Source: Moniliella sp. 'wahieum' (lineage: Eukaryota). Taken from it: DNA of 64,000 nucleotides. Below, one piece after another: positions 12,357 through 24,600 of the stretch. A program made the translations under genes and the position numbers. The number at the start of each line of letters is the position of its first letter. Within the stretch, counting starts at the first letter, position 1. The stretch spans positions 372,001-436,000 of the forward strand of contig RSEE01000053.1 in NCBI GenBank assembly GCA_003971905.1. Reading direction: 5' to 3'. Below the pieces are notes generated by a model. It made no database searches. It worked only from the letters and a program-made list of their open reading frames with translations, and was not told the DNA's origin.

Positions 12357-14418
12357 ATGCTGAGTCCGAGTGTCCACCTGCGCGTCGCCCAGCGCCTCCC
12401 GGCACTCGCTGCCCTGCGCGGCCCGCGCCCTCGCGCTGCCCTCCGTTGCCCTCCGCGCCCGCCCGCCGCCCGCCCTGCCCGCCGCCGCCCTGCCCCGCCC
12501 GGCCTCGGCTCTGCTCCTCCTCCGTCTGCGTTCGCAACGACGACGGCAAGCCCTCCCGCCGCCGAGCCCACCAATTCGCCTCCCTCGAGGGCAAGATCGG
12601 CAAGAAGATGCTCCACGCGCTCACCGTCAAGCCGTTCGGGTACGAGAACATGAGCGACGTCCAACACGCCGTGCTCACCCTCCTGCCCCACGTTGCCGAT
12701 GCCGGTGGCGTAGAGCGTGGGCCCTTGTCCGATGGCCGCGGCCGCGACATGCTCGTCAAGGCCAAGACCGGTACGGGCAAGACGCTTGCCTTCCTCATCC
12801 CTGCCGTCCAGCGCCGGATCAACACTATCGGCCCCATTCGTGCCGGCGAAGTTTCGGAGCGTGTGAGCAAGTGCTGGGTGAAAGGCGGATGCCGAGGGCG
12901 TGCAGGCTGCGCGCTTGTACCGCAAGCAAGCCTTTGGTGCGCTCATCATCTCCCCCACCCGCGAGTTGGCCATGCAAATTTTCAAGGAAGTGCAAAAATT
13001 GACCGCGGGTACCGACCTGGGCTCTCACCTGCTCTGTGGTGGTGACGGCGCGACATGCAACTGCGTCACCTCATGACCGCCCCGCGCGATGTGGTTGTTG
13101 CCACCCCTGGCGCCTGCAAGACTTTTGGAGAACGAGCCGCAGATTGCCGCTGCGGCCAAGTACACCGAGACGTTGGTGTTGGACGAGTGCGACACGTTGC
13201 TCGACATGGGTTTCCGCGACGCATTGGAAACGATTGTGGACTTCCTTCCGGAATCGGAGGAACGGTTGAACCTGCTGTTTAGCGCGACCGTGTCGCGGGA
13301 GATCCGCAAGATGTCCAGCATCGCCTTGGCTGACGACCACCGCTTCATCGACTGTGTTCCCCCCGGCGAGGAGAACGTGCACAAGCACATTCCCCAGCGC
13401 GCGGTGGTTGTGGATGACCCAGCGGACGTGCTGCCGACCGTGGTGGCGCTGATTGCGCAAGACCAAACCGAGCACCCGAACAAGTCCAAGGTGATTGTCT
13501 TCTGCCAGTCGACCAAGATGGTGTCGATGATGAGCCAGTTGCTTCAAGATGTCAGCTCGCTCTTCCCTGTGCGTCGGACGGGGATGTACGAGTTGTCGAG
13601 TGCCAAGTCCAGGGCTCGCGCTCGCGCACCAGCGCCGCGTTCCGCGGCAGCCGCGGCAGCGCTGTCTTGGTCACCTCGGACGTCTCGGCGCGTGGTGGAC
13701 TACCCGGGTACGACGCGCGTGATCCAAGTGGGTGTGCCGCCGACTACGGACACGTACATTCACCGTATTGGCCGTACCGGCCGCGCTGGCGCGGCAGGCC
13801 GGGCCGACTTGGTCATTGCCGTTTGAGCAGCCGTTTGTCGACTGGCAAATCCAAGACCTGCCTGTGGAGACTGTCACGTCGGACGAGGTCATCGCCTCCT
13901 TCGAAGACACGGGCAGCGTGTCCGACTTGAAGGCGGCGTCTGCCGAGGCGATCGAACAAGTGCCCAGCGACACGCTGCAGTTGGTGATGGGTGCCCAGAG
14001 CGGCTTCTACCACATTCTTGCGCCGCTGCTCCAGACCCGCGGTAACGACGTGGTCAACAAGGTTTACTCGTGGTTCTGTGCGTTTGCCCCGTCGGTCGCC
14101 GACGAGCTCACCATGCCGTTCACTGCGTCGCGCTCGCGCGGTGGCAGCCGGGGTGGGTTTGGCGGGCGCAACAGCCGTGACAGCTTTGGCGGCTCTAGCC
14201 GTGGTGGGTTTGGCGGCAGCAGCCGTGGTGGGTTCGGTGGCAGCAGCCGTGGCGGATTTGGCGGCCCGAGCCGTGGTGGGTTCGGCGGCAGCAGCCGTGG
14301 CGGGTTTGGCGGTAGCAGCCGTGGTGGGTACGGTGGCCGCGACTCGGGCCGGGGCGGCTACGGCGGTCGGTCGTCGGGCCGTGGGCGTTTTGAGGCGGAA
14401 GACGACTTTGACTACTGA
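12357..14418 (+). CDS. DEAD-box RNA helicase, MSS116/CYT-19-like, with an RGG-rich C-terminal tail
   Basis: AKTGTGKT, SPTRELA, DECD (motif II), FSAT and YIHRIGRTGRAG; Arg/Ala-rich N-terminus; (GGSSRGGF)n tail; several frameshifts. Confidence 0.9.
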
Positions 14419-14821
14419 GCCTGCTCGCTCGTCCCACAAAAGCGCCGGCGTGCGCACGCAACCCTCGCCTCCCACCGTCCGCGCCGTCTGCTCTGCTTCG
14501 ATCCAGAGTTGCTGCCGTCGCGTAGAAAAAGTCGCGATGCTCGGGTGGGCGGCGATGGTTGTCCCCCCTCCGCTCCGCTCCCCTCTTCCCATCCTGCCCT
14601 CCTTTGTTTGACACCGCTCATCTAAGCCCCCTCCCTCCTATGCATCTGGCGCCTCACATGCACCTTATCTGTCGTGCCCATACAGTAGCCAGTAGCTAGT
14701 ACCTAGTAACTCCCAGCCTACCATAAATACCTCTCCCGACGCCGAGAGAGCCAGGTGAAGCAGTCGGCCAGACTTTTGTGGCAATGGCGTGTGCCCCTGG
14801 AAGCAAAAAGTAGTTGAAAAA

Positions 14822-14908
14822 GGGGTCCGCCCGGGATCGAACCGAGGACCACCTCTACGAGCGAGTCAAGCACCCTAAAGAGGCATGATACCACTACACC
14901 ACGAACCC
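14822..14908 (-). tRNA. tRNA-Pro(AGG) with a 15-nt intron
   Basis: GGGTTCG..CGGACCC acceptor stem; CCTCT-TTAGGG-intron-T-AGAGG anticodon arm; GGTTCGATCC T-loop. Confidence 0.93.
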
Positions 14909-15352
14909 CAATTGGCTGCAAGTGTGATTGGTAATTCCTTATGCAGGAGATTATGGTTCTGGCACCGACATGCACGCAGTTTCCCCAAACGCCCTTTCTC
15001 TCCTAGGTGCAAATGTGGACAGCAACAAGAACCGGTTTCAGTCAAGCAAGGTAACCTCCGACGAAGTTGAGTAACCCCCACTACCGTACGTCCCATCCCA
15101 TCGTCTGACTCGCAAACAATATATGGTCAGCTAGTGGTATAGCGCAAGCGCGAGCAGGAAATAGGTTGTTCCACTCAGTCACCTTTCATCATTCCCTATT
15201 GTGCTTGTCTCTTTCCTATGGGCCAGTTTCCATAGTTAAACCCTGCATTGTTTGCATCCATGTCTTGTCCAGAGCCTAAGGCGGGGACAGAAAGGGTCCT
15301 GCACCTAACCGGTCTACGCATCCGTCGTGCGCTGCTGCTTGGTGCCACCCAA

Positions 15353-17000
15353 TTAGGACATCAGTGAAGTCGCCAGCAGATCAGGACCCTTTGGTGCCCG
15401 CCATTCGAGTCCACACCGCATGTAGCGTACGTGGATACGAATGAGCGTCACTGGCAGTCCCGTGAGCGAGGAAGCATCTTCAAGGTGACACATCATCAGA
15501 TAATTCCTTCCCGTGCTCAAGCATCTTGCTCTCCGTCTTGGAGTGTGTCCCTGGTACAAGGCGTTCTTCTCGCATTCCGCTCGCTCCAACAGCCGAAGGG
15601 TTCCTTCCCCCATTGTTCTAACGATGTTGCGCTTCTGTCGTGTACCTTGCTGCACGCAACCATCGCGTCCCTTGTGTCCGAGTCCCATAAAGTGTCAAGT
15701 GCGGTCCACCTCCTTCCTGATCCTCCGAATACTCCAGGTCCCATCGCTCGGTAGTCCATATGCCATGCCTTTCTTGCACGTCTCGTCTGCTGCTGCTCCA
15801 GTCGGCGCGTTGGGAATGTGGGTGTCGGGGAGGGGACGAGAGCGAGAATCGGGTCCCGGGTGCCACAGGTCCCACACAGCCTACCAAACTGGAGACTGGG
15901 GATGGGATTGGGTATGGGTGCAAGCCAAGATGAACCCTAGCGAGGCAATCAGACCAACACTTGCACGTGCTGCCTAACCAACGACACAGCGTACGGAGCG
16001 GGAGATGAATCTGAGCCTGTGTGTCGGTGAGCTCGGAGCGCTTGGGCTGGATTGGGAGGAAAGCCAAGTGGAGCTGAACGGATTGCTGTGCGGAACCGCA
16101 TGGCGCCCTTTGGCGCGTTGAGCTTCTACAGTGGCTCCTGCTGGCTCTTGGCCTTCATCTTCTAGCAATGCTTGCGCGCGTCGGAAATGCGTTCGCCGCG
16201 TATGCGGCCGAGGGGGCCAGAACCCAATGCGGTACTAAAATAGTCGTTGACCTCGTTGACCGCAAAACACGTGCGTGGGACGTAATGCACGAGGAGAGCG
16301 GGCAGCCCCTTGCACTCATCCGAAGAGGCAGGCTCATAAACATGGCAAGGTAATCGACGTTTCTACCTGGAGCGTAACTCGTCCCCTCGGATCCGTGGAA
16401 ACTCGGCACAGATGAAAGCATCAAGCTCGGATAGCGCATCGTCCAGCTCACCCTCCATCTGCGTGGTATGGAACAAGTGACGCAGCTTCGTCTGAGTATC
16501 GTACCGCCACAGTAAGACGCGTCCCTGAAGGGTAATGTAATGCCATCCAACGCGGGCATGTCGCCTCAGGCTGTTCAGCAGGTGCCGGTGGGACGTCGGC
16601 AACAATTCTCTCCTCAGACGGTAAGCGCCCAGGACCATGACCCCATCCTCCCGAATCTGGTCACGGCCCCGTTCGACGCACTTGCGCAGGTTGAGTGCGA
16701 GGCCTAACGGCAGTAATACCAGTCGCAGTTCTCGTTCCCTTCCGGAGCAATCCAGCGTTGAGAGGGGGTATCATGTAACATAGATCCACCGGCCCAAAGC
16801 AAGGAGATGAGGGGTATACCAGAGGAGCGTGTTGGCGAGTGTGCGACAGCGCACAGTGTTGAAAACGTTGGTGAAATCGAACATGGTGACGTGGTTAAAT
16901 GTGCCCAGTTCCGGGCCCTCCTCCCCCCTTGCGCGATGCTACCACTGAGCAGGGAGGAGCGAGCGGGTGGGAACGCTCGCACGGACGATGCCGTTGGCAC
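15353..17000 (-). pseudogene. Fragmented orphan reading frame of unknown function
   Basis: Consecutive minus-strand protein-like segments (GLALNLRKCVERGRDQIREDGVMVLGAYRLRRELL, LAFLPIQPKRSELTDTQAQIHLPLRTLCRWLG); no recognised motif. Confidence 0.35.
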
Positions 17001-17691
17001 ACAGCCGGCAAATTCGTTCCCCGCAGGCGATGGGTCGTAAGGCGGGATGCCAACAGGATCCCATGGCCCGGAGCCGGAGCAGTCCCGTGGGATGCCACCG
17101 GCGAGGGCGGTTAAAGCGGCATGGGTCTGAGTGTGCTGATCAAAGCGGGGAAACCAATCTCGGCCGAGCCCATCTTAAACGCTTCCCCTGTCGGTCGGAT
17201 TGGAAAAGGGGGTGCCCGGCACAGTGCCACGCAGCCTGTGGTGCGGCTCGCATGAGTGCGGCGTGGTGCTGCCAAATGCTGGGCCCGAGCCGAGGTTGAA
17301 GAGATCCGCCTCGCCCGCGGAATGGAGCGTGTCGAAGCCTGCCGACGTCTGTGAGGCGAGGCGCAATGGAGAGTTCGCAGGTGAGAATGGCGTCGCGCTA
17401 ATAAAACGCGTCGATCGCGTTGCTTCACCCCAGTGCTGATATAATAGCACGTGCAGTGCACAAATCCGGCCCCAACAGCGATGGACAGTGGAACGGTGGG
17501 CGGTGGAACGATAGCCCATCTGGGGTTGGCGCGCGTACGGAGGGTCAGCCTACGGCACCCACGCCTGGTCTTCGACTGTATGGTATGTTGTCCATTGCTG
17601 CATGCGCCTGTACGCAACCTCACCTCTTCTCCCTCGCGATATGCAAGCTCTCAGATCGGATAGCCCAAACAAACCCAAGCAAAAGAAAAAG

Positions 17692-17791
17692 TGACTGCCC
17701 CCAGAATCGAACTGAGAATAACAGAGCTCAGAATGAGCCGTATGATCGCGCATCGCCACAATCTGTCGTGATACCTTTTCACCAGGCAATC
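17692..17791 (-). tRNA. tRNA-His(GTG) with a 29-nt intron (17727-17755)
   Basis: GATTGCC/GGCAGTC acceptor stem; GTGA/TCAC D-stem; ACAGA-TTGTGG-intron-C-TCTGT anticodon arm; CTCAG-TTCGATT-CTGGG T-arm; T-rich terminator follows. Confidence 0.92.
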
Positions 17792-18664
17792 CTTGGTGGG
17801 GCATTCCAGCTTGTTGAATCAAACTTAAGCCTCCATCTTCTCTCGCCAATTGAAACCACACATGAAAACCAGATTCTTTGCCCTTGCTTCTCGTTCCCCT
17901 CATCAATCACACCGGTTATTCTTCATGCCCCTTGTTGGGGTAGACCCAGCGCACAAAAGGCACGCTAAAAGAACTCCACTCGCCTGGGTCTCGCTGTAGT
18001 GATACCACCCAAAGTAAACCCCCACTGTCACGGGCGGGCACCGCCAGGGGGCCCGCCGGGGGGGAGGTTGGGGATACAAAATCCCTTGGAGGTCATCTCC
18101 AATGAAGGCCGACGCACGGTCGTTCCGCGTGCTTGGGCTGATTGGTGCGTCCCAGCGAGGTGAGGGACAAGGAGTGGCCTCTCAGCCTGTAGCAGAGGCG
18201 GCTGCAGGTGTAGGCTGCGTAGGACCAGCTTGGGCAGCAGTAGCGTGTGTGAAGCCTTCGGGCTCAGGGACGGGAAGTAGTAGACATATAGCAATAACGG
18301 GGGCTTGTTTGGCACGGGCGCAACAGATAAAGATCGAGGTAAAGCGGGGGCGTGGCGACAATATTGTTGTCGCAAGAATACCAACGACTCCCTTGGTGCG
18401 TCCCGACTTCAACTTGAGCACAAAGCGACTTATCTGGGCGCAGTGCAGTGGGTAGAGCAGGAAGGCCTTAGTTAGCTCGAATGACCATCTCTGATCCGAC
18501 GGCACCTAACACGAAGGGGGGCTGCTGTGCGCACCCTCCAACTCATCATTCTTTGTCTCCCTGCTCTTCTCATCAAACCTCATTGCCACTCTGGAAGACT
18601 TGCATCTCACCACCTAGATTCCGCCTGAAGGATGGGACGCTTTCTCATTCGAGCACGAACACAA

Positions 18665-18762
18665 GGCAATGTGCCCGAGCGGTTAAGGGGATTGATTAGA
18701 ACTCTCATATTCTAACCATCAATTAGGCTCTGCCTGCACAGGTTCGAATCCTGTCATTGTCG
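18665..18762 (+). tRNA. tRNA-Ser(AGA) with a 16-nt intron
   Basis: GGCAATG/CATTGTC acceptor stem; ATTGA-TTAGAA-intron-A-TCAAT; long variable arm AGGCTCTGCCT; GGTTCGAATCC. Confidence 0.95.
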
Positions 18763-19589
18763 TCTTTTTATTCATCGGGTTTACCTGCTTTTTTTTATTA
18801 GCGTATATACATTCGTGCACGAAGGAGAGACTATGGTTGTTGTGCCAACCGAAAGGTAGTACATGAGGGAAAACCGCAACACCGGGGGAGCCCTGAGTAA
18901 GAAGAAGTTGCTTCTGCCGTATTGGGTTACGCCTGGGGTAGAGAGTAGACTGGGACGGGGCAGAGTGAGTTGCGGCAGCGGCAATAACTTTTTGGCTTTT
19001 GCAACACAGGGCCGACCCCAGTTGGGACTTGGACAGTGCAGAGTGAGCAGCGGCGAGGCGGCGAGCTTGTATCCATGCTTCTTGGATTTGCTCACTAAAT
19101 CTTCGTCTCCTTTCGAGACGAAGGCTCCGCGTCCGTGTTATTATCTTCAGAAATGTCTCTACCATCTCGGTCTCAGCATCTGCGCGTCGGGTGGTGGTCG
19201 TCTCTCCACCCGCGGCTCAAATGTGCCAACACGCTGGTGTTTTGCATCCGCAGGCGCATACTTTATTGATGGGACACATTCTTTCTTCAAAGGGCGATAC
19301 TGGTTTCCCTTTTCTGTGAATGCAGGAACACCCTGGCCTTCCGTGACGCGTGAACCGAAACTGAGGCCGGTCAACCCGTCGAGAATGGCTTCCCAATGCT
19401 CACCCCATGGGCGCGAGCGTACTTACATCAACATAGGGTACTCGGAACGGTTTCGAATCATCTGCAAGATCCAGATGAGCGATGAAGGGCGGCAATGAAG
19501 ACTTTCGGCCAAAACGTGAGGACAGGGGAAGACCAACGATGCTGCTTTCGCAACAGTTCCTCCGCCTCTTGACAGCCCCCGCAAAAAGT

Positions 19590-19661
19590 TGCCTCCTAGC
19601 CGAATCGAACGACTAATCTTCGCATTACGAGTGCGACGCCTTACCATTGAGCCAAAGAGGC
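19590..19661 (-). tRNA. tRNA-Thr(CGT), intronless
   Basis: GCCTCTT/AGGAGGC acceptor stem; TCGCA-CTCGTAA-TGCGA anticodon arm; GTTCGATTC T-loop. Confidence 0.92.
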
Positions 19662-20371
19662 ATCGGGTTCTCTTTAGTGATTGTTAGAGTCACAAGCGTA
19701 CCATCAGTTGCAGTTGCAAGGTTCTTCGTTCCCCCTCGAAATACATCCCGTCGGCACCGTTTTGCTATATGGGATCAAGTCACAAGCCGGTCTCTGGCTT
19801 GGTGAAGTCGGCATGTCTGTTTTGCCTTCTTCATGAGGCTTCCTTTTCATTCACGGCCGGCTTTATCCTTTACCTGATGTGTCTTCGCTCTCTCCTTTTC
19901 GCCTCCGGTTTGGTAGTTTATAAATGTAGGCATCACTTCTTTCATTGGAGAACTGCGGGCTTCACTGACAACGTTCCACGACTGTATGATTGCCATCAGC
20001 GAAGATGATGAATAACACTTAAGAACTGCGCAACAGCCCTTACAGTCCTAAGTCCCTTTTCTCACCGGCTGCTGAGGCGATGGAAGAGAAGCGTTGAGCC
20101 TGTTGAGAGCCATGGGGGGCGCTTTGGATTCTATGTCTTCGTCGTGCCTTATATTATTCTTGGATCATACAGAAGACGGGCCGATGAATTAATGAGACTA
20201 GGCTAATATGCTTGAAAGCAGTATCTTCCACTCCACCCCCTCTCTTTTTTGGCTTCGAAATGAGTGAGACGTGTGTGTCATCATGCATCAACAGCCACAG
20301 TTCGATTCATCCCTGCACGATGAGAGATATACACATTCCAAAGACCCTCTCTCCCTTCAGGCAGATAGGCG

Positions 20372-20533
20372 CTGGACCACTTGTTGAACCATCGGGTGGC
20401 CCGTGCTTTGGCCAATGTCCCTTCAGTTCCTCCTCAAGCCTGGGAGTTCCATTGTTTTCTCTCCGTCTTTTGTTTTCCCTGTTCCGCAGCTTAGCCCCTG
20501 GTGGCGACTCGCTGCTTGTTGTTCCTCTGTAGG
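20372..20533 (-). repeat. Dispersed repeat B, interrupted copy (continues at 21314-21356)
   Basis: Homologous to 1451-1665 once the solo LTR at 20534-21313 is removed. Confidence 0.75.
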
Positions 20534-21313
20534 TGTCACGGGGCGACATCTGAGCCACCTTGCACAGCCGCCTCCACTTCCTTATCGTCGCTATCGCTTC
20601 TCGGCTTCTTTCCCTATCTCGTCTATCTCGACTCGTTTTCTCTCTCTTTCGCTATCTTGACTGGGATCGTCTTCCTATCAACTAAAACCCACAACTATCT
20701 TGGTTTCTCCGCTCGCGCTCGTCTAAAATCCAAAACACAACACATGGTTTCTCGACTCGGTTTCTCGACTCGTTTCTCGTCTCGGGTCCATTTTGCCCTT
20801 GACCCTCGTCTCGCCTCGCCTCGTCCCTCTCGCGCTTGGTCCTCTTTCCTTCCCTTTGACTCGTTTCCCCTTTTACTCTGTAGACCTCTTGGTCTTGCCT
20901 TGTTCCTTTTCTCTTCTATAAAACCTGCCTGTTCTTAGATCCAATGATGATGGCCCAAGCCGCCGACCATTCTTTCCCCTTTCCCCTTCACCCTTCTTCT
21001 AGGCTCTCCACTTCTAGAAGGAACACCTCGCTCAGCTCGCTCGCCCTCCCTCGCCCATCGGAGCACACCGCTTTTGCGCCAGCCCCTACACACGCAACCT
21101 CTGCTCGCAGACCGCTGCACCTTTCGCAACCTCTGCTTGCAGACCGCTGCTCAGGCTCTGCTCGACGCACCGCAAAGCACCACTCACGACCTTCCTTCGT
21201 TCACGCCAGTGAGCCTTGGACTTTGGATCTGAAACGCGTTCAGTCCTCCGTGAGTACCGTCTCCGATGGGCACAGGGAAGGTCTCCGACTGGGAAGCCAG
21301 CCACCCCATCACA
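20534..21313. mobile_element. Solo LTR (780 bp) with 5-bp TSD GTAGG
   Basis: Starts TGTCAC and ends TCACA; GTAGG at 20529-20533 and 21314-21318; the flanks rejoin into repeat B; internal TATAAAA near 20917. Confidence 0.82.
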
Positions 21314-21520
21314 GTAGGCGTTGCTGGTTGGCTTAGACCACCACCACCACCAGTGCGATTGTATCACCCTCGAGTACCATCAGGACTCCAGGTCTCATGG
21401 CCACTTGGACCAGCTCTACCCTTTTGCGCGAATTGCTCCACTCTGTGTTATAAAAGTTGGCGACAGGATATCTTTCCCCAAACAAATATTTAAAAAAAAA
21501 CATTTAAAAAACAGACAAAA

Positions 21521-21618
21521 CGACAATGACAGGATTCGAACCTGTGCAGGCAGAGCCTAATTGATGGTTAGAATGTTGGAGTTCTAATCAATCCCCTTAA
21601 CCGCTCGGGCACATTGCC
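21521..21618 (-). tRNA. tRNA-Ser(AGA) with a 16-nt intron, second copy
   Basis: Exons identical to 18665-18762; the intron differs at 3 positions. Confidence 0.95.
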
Positions 21619-24600
21619 TTTGGAGCTACGAATTTCGGGTTGGAGCCACGGGAGGGGCGGCTGCAACTTGAACACTCGCCATTTAACTCTGATGCTTCTA
21701 TTGCTTCGTGGGAAAGTCAAATCAATCGTTTCTGCTGGCTCCATGGCCTCTCCACAGTAGCGTGGTGGCACCGTCTTATTTTTGTCCATCTCCAAACAGA
21801 CCACCGCCTGCCAGATGGACGCCCCGCAATGCGGCGTATGAGACACTCCGGCGGTTTCCCGATTCCTCTATAAACACTGTCGGCGGATCTGGACGGAACC
21901 ACACACAGAATAAAGGCGAGGCTCATGTGACTTAAGGCGAGCTTTAGGCTATAGCTTGGCAACGGTGCGTATATGCGCCGGCCCTGGTAAGACTACTAAT
22001 GTGCCAGGATGACAGAGTCGCCAAAGAAGAAAAAGAATTCGCATCTCAGGAGAAAAGCAGGGGCCCAAAACGCACCCAGGGCACGGGTCATCTCGGCTTA
22101 AGAAACTAAGGGGGTGGTGTGGGGGCGGTTGAAGGTAACATGTTCTGTTTACAAACAAAGGAGTACATGTGTTGTTCCTCCACCTGTCTCGATAGAGATC
22201 CGAGTCAATATAAACATAACCCACTGAAAGGCAAAAGCAAAAAAGGGGGAGTGCTGTCTCTCCCCTACGCCATCCCCGATGGCATCAAGCACAGGTGCCA
22301 AGTAACGCCCCCACACGAGCCGACCCCGTTTACCTTACCCGTTTCTCCTGTGCGATCCTCCAGTGCTTCTCCATTACGGATTGCAGCATTACTACGATCA
22401 TATCTGAGAGAGGGGTCGATCGTCGATCATCACCACGGCCTTGGGGGGTTTGTTTGGTAATTTTCTGATCGGGAGATCGGGAACCAAAATCCGGCCGAGC
22501 CTTGACTCAGGCTGATTGATAACGTGTTACACCGATCGAAGTCATCTAGTAATGATCTAGTAATAATCGAGTGAGTAGCGTCGATCGTACACTGATCAGG
22601 TCGATCAGGGTCAACCAATCGATCAAAGTGATCGAGGACCTGTCAAGGTGTCAACGTGTCAACGTTCAACGTCCAACGTTTTCAACCGTCAATCGCGTCA
22701 ATATCAACCGAGAAAGTGGGTAAATGCTCCGGGGATAGCAGTGAGACCTACGGTATTCAGAACATTTGCAAAACGTGGGGGGGGCACATATGAGGCACTT
22801 CTTCATCTATCCGACTAACACCCGGCTTTTGTGTTATCAGCTCACGCCTACCCAAAGAGCCAAGTGTTTTGGCAGCAGTTCAGGTCACTCTGCGGCACCT
22901 GCCGTTCATTTCCTTGACTCGATGCATAGATAAATAGGAGAGCGTATGCCGTACATGATACTCAAGAGATCTAGGCTACTTCCACAAAGTTCATAGTCAG
23001 GACGATGGCTTACTGGTTACGTTTACCGTTTGTCGAAAAAGCAGTGCCTGTATCGTCCCCCTTCTTACACTGTTTTATTCAATCTTCGCCGCTTGTGCAT
23101 GTTATGATGCCATTTCGGAAGTATGAGGGATCTATAACAAGGCCTAAAGACGTTTGCCACTGCAGTCTCAGCAGACCTCCTTTTGGCACCGTGGCCATGC
23201 ATTAATAATGACTACATCTCTGGGGAACTTGGATCTGCTAGGTTGGATACTATGCTGAGTATTGGCCAGTCACTAGTATCTAGTTATACCTCTAATAGTG
23301 GTGACTAGCTACTCAGTTAGTGACTGCAGTTATTAACTTCTTTTGAGCTGCCGCAGCGGGCTGCAACACATGTGTGGGTACATAAAACTTCTTTTCTACG
23401 GAGTATGATGCTGCTACAAGCTACATCCACCGTTTGGGATCCGTTCCGATAAATTATAGCGCTATACACATCCGAGATCTGATTGTGCGTGCGGAAGCCT
23501 CGCAAGGCCTCAGGCCTCACCGGCCTCACCACGTTCAACGAACTGAACAGGGAGAGTCCCTCTGCTCGCACACATGTAGGACTTTATTGCGATGAAACAT
23601 GTCTAGTCACTAGTCACTAGTCACTAGTCAACAATGTAATAATCAAGCTTCAAGCTTCAAGCTTCAAGCTTCATGACATTCATGACAAGTGGGGAAAATG
23701 TCGACCAAAACCGATATAGTGCATCACGCACCAACGTTCAACGTACATTCAACGACCAACATTGTCCTAGCTCTCTCCTGCTTCCTTTGTACCGGTGTGT
23801 TGATTGTTGTAACATGTAACCTTTTATATAATAGAGCCTTGCTCGTCAAGCTTCAAGCTTCAAGTCGGTCAGACCGGTCAGGCCTCAGGACCCTTTGGCA
23901 CCCCTGCCATTCACCAGATGTGGCGCGAGTAGTGGATACTTGTGTGAGCGCTCAGCTGAGCGTGCTGGTATACACGCGAGAGCACGCGTTACGTATACGT
24001 TACGTATACGTTACGCGTCCGTGCCCCCGTTAGTCTGGCATTATAGTGACCAGCATGCACTACTCATTGCAAGCAGTGCTAGTAGTAGTTACCAACTGAC
24101 TAGAGAGAACACTGTATAATAGACTTTTCAGAGAGAAAACTGTGTTGTGACTGGGACTAGTGTCAGGTACTCGTTACTAGTTGGGGTTGCTATGGACGCC
24201 TTGAAGCTTGATGGTCGATGATCGATGACATGCAATGACACATGGTGGATACCCCATTGGTCTCTGTTTTGTCTAGAGTGTAGTCATTACCCGAAAGTGC
24301 ACACTTCTGCCAAGGTTATTGATGACCGCAATGATGAGCCCTATGGGCCTTCTATACATACACGTGCATGGTACACTGCTCGGGGCCCATCAATCAGGGC
24401 CAACAGCCTGGCCCAGTATATTATAGCCTACAACATTTAGCCGTTGAGTGGTGCCCACTGTACATGTGTTGTGCCTCCCGCGCCACAGGCACATGCATTG
24501 TGCCTCCGAATTTTCTGGAACGGTTTATTTTGAACCAAAAGTATATATATTACTCTCTTTCACCCTCCCCGACATGGGGATGGTATTGATGGAGCTCACG

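Noticed and set aside
18026..18640. Possible solo LTR starting TGTCACGGG
   Set aside because: No matching CA terminus with a CCCAC TSD and no second copy in the window
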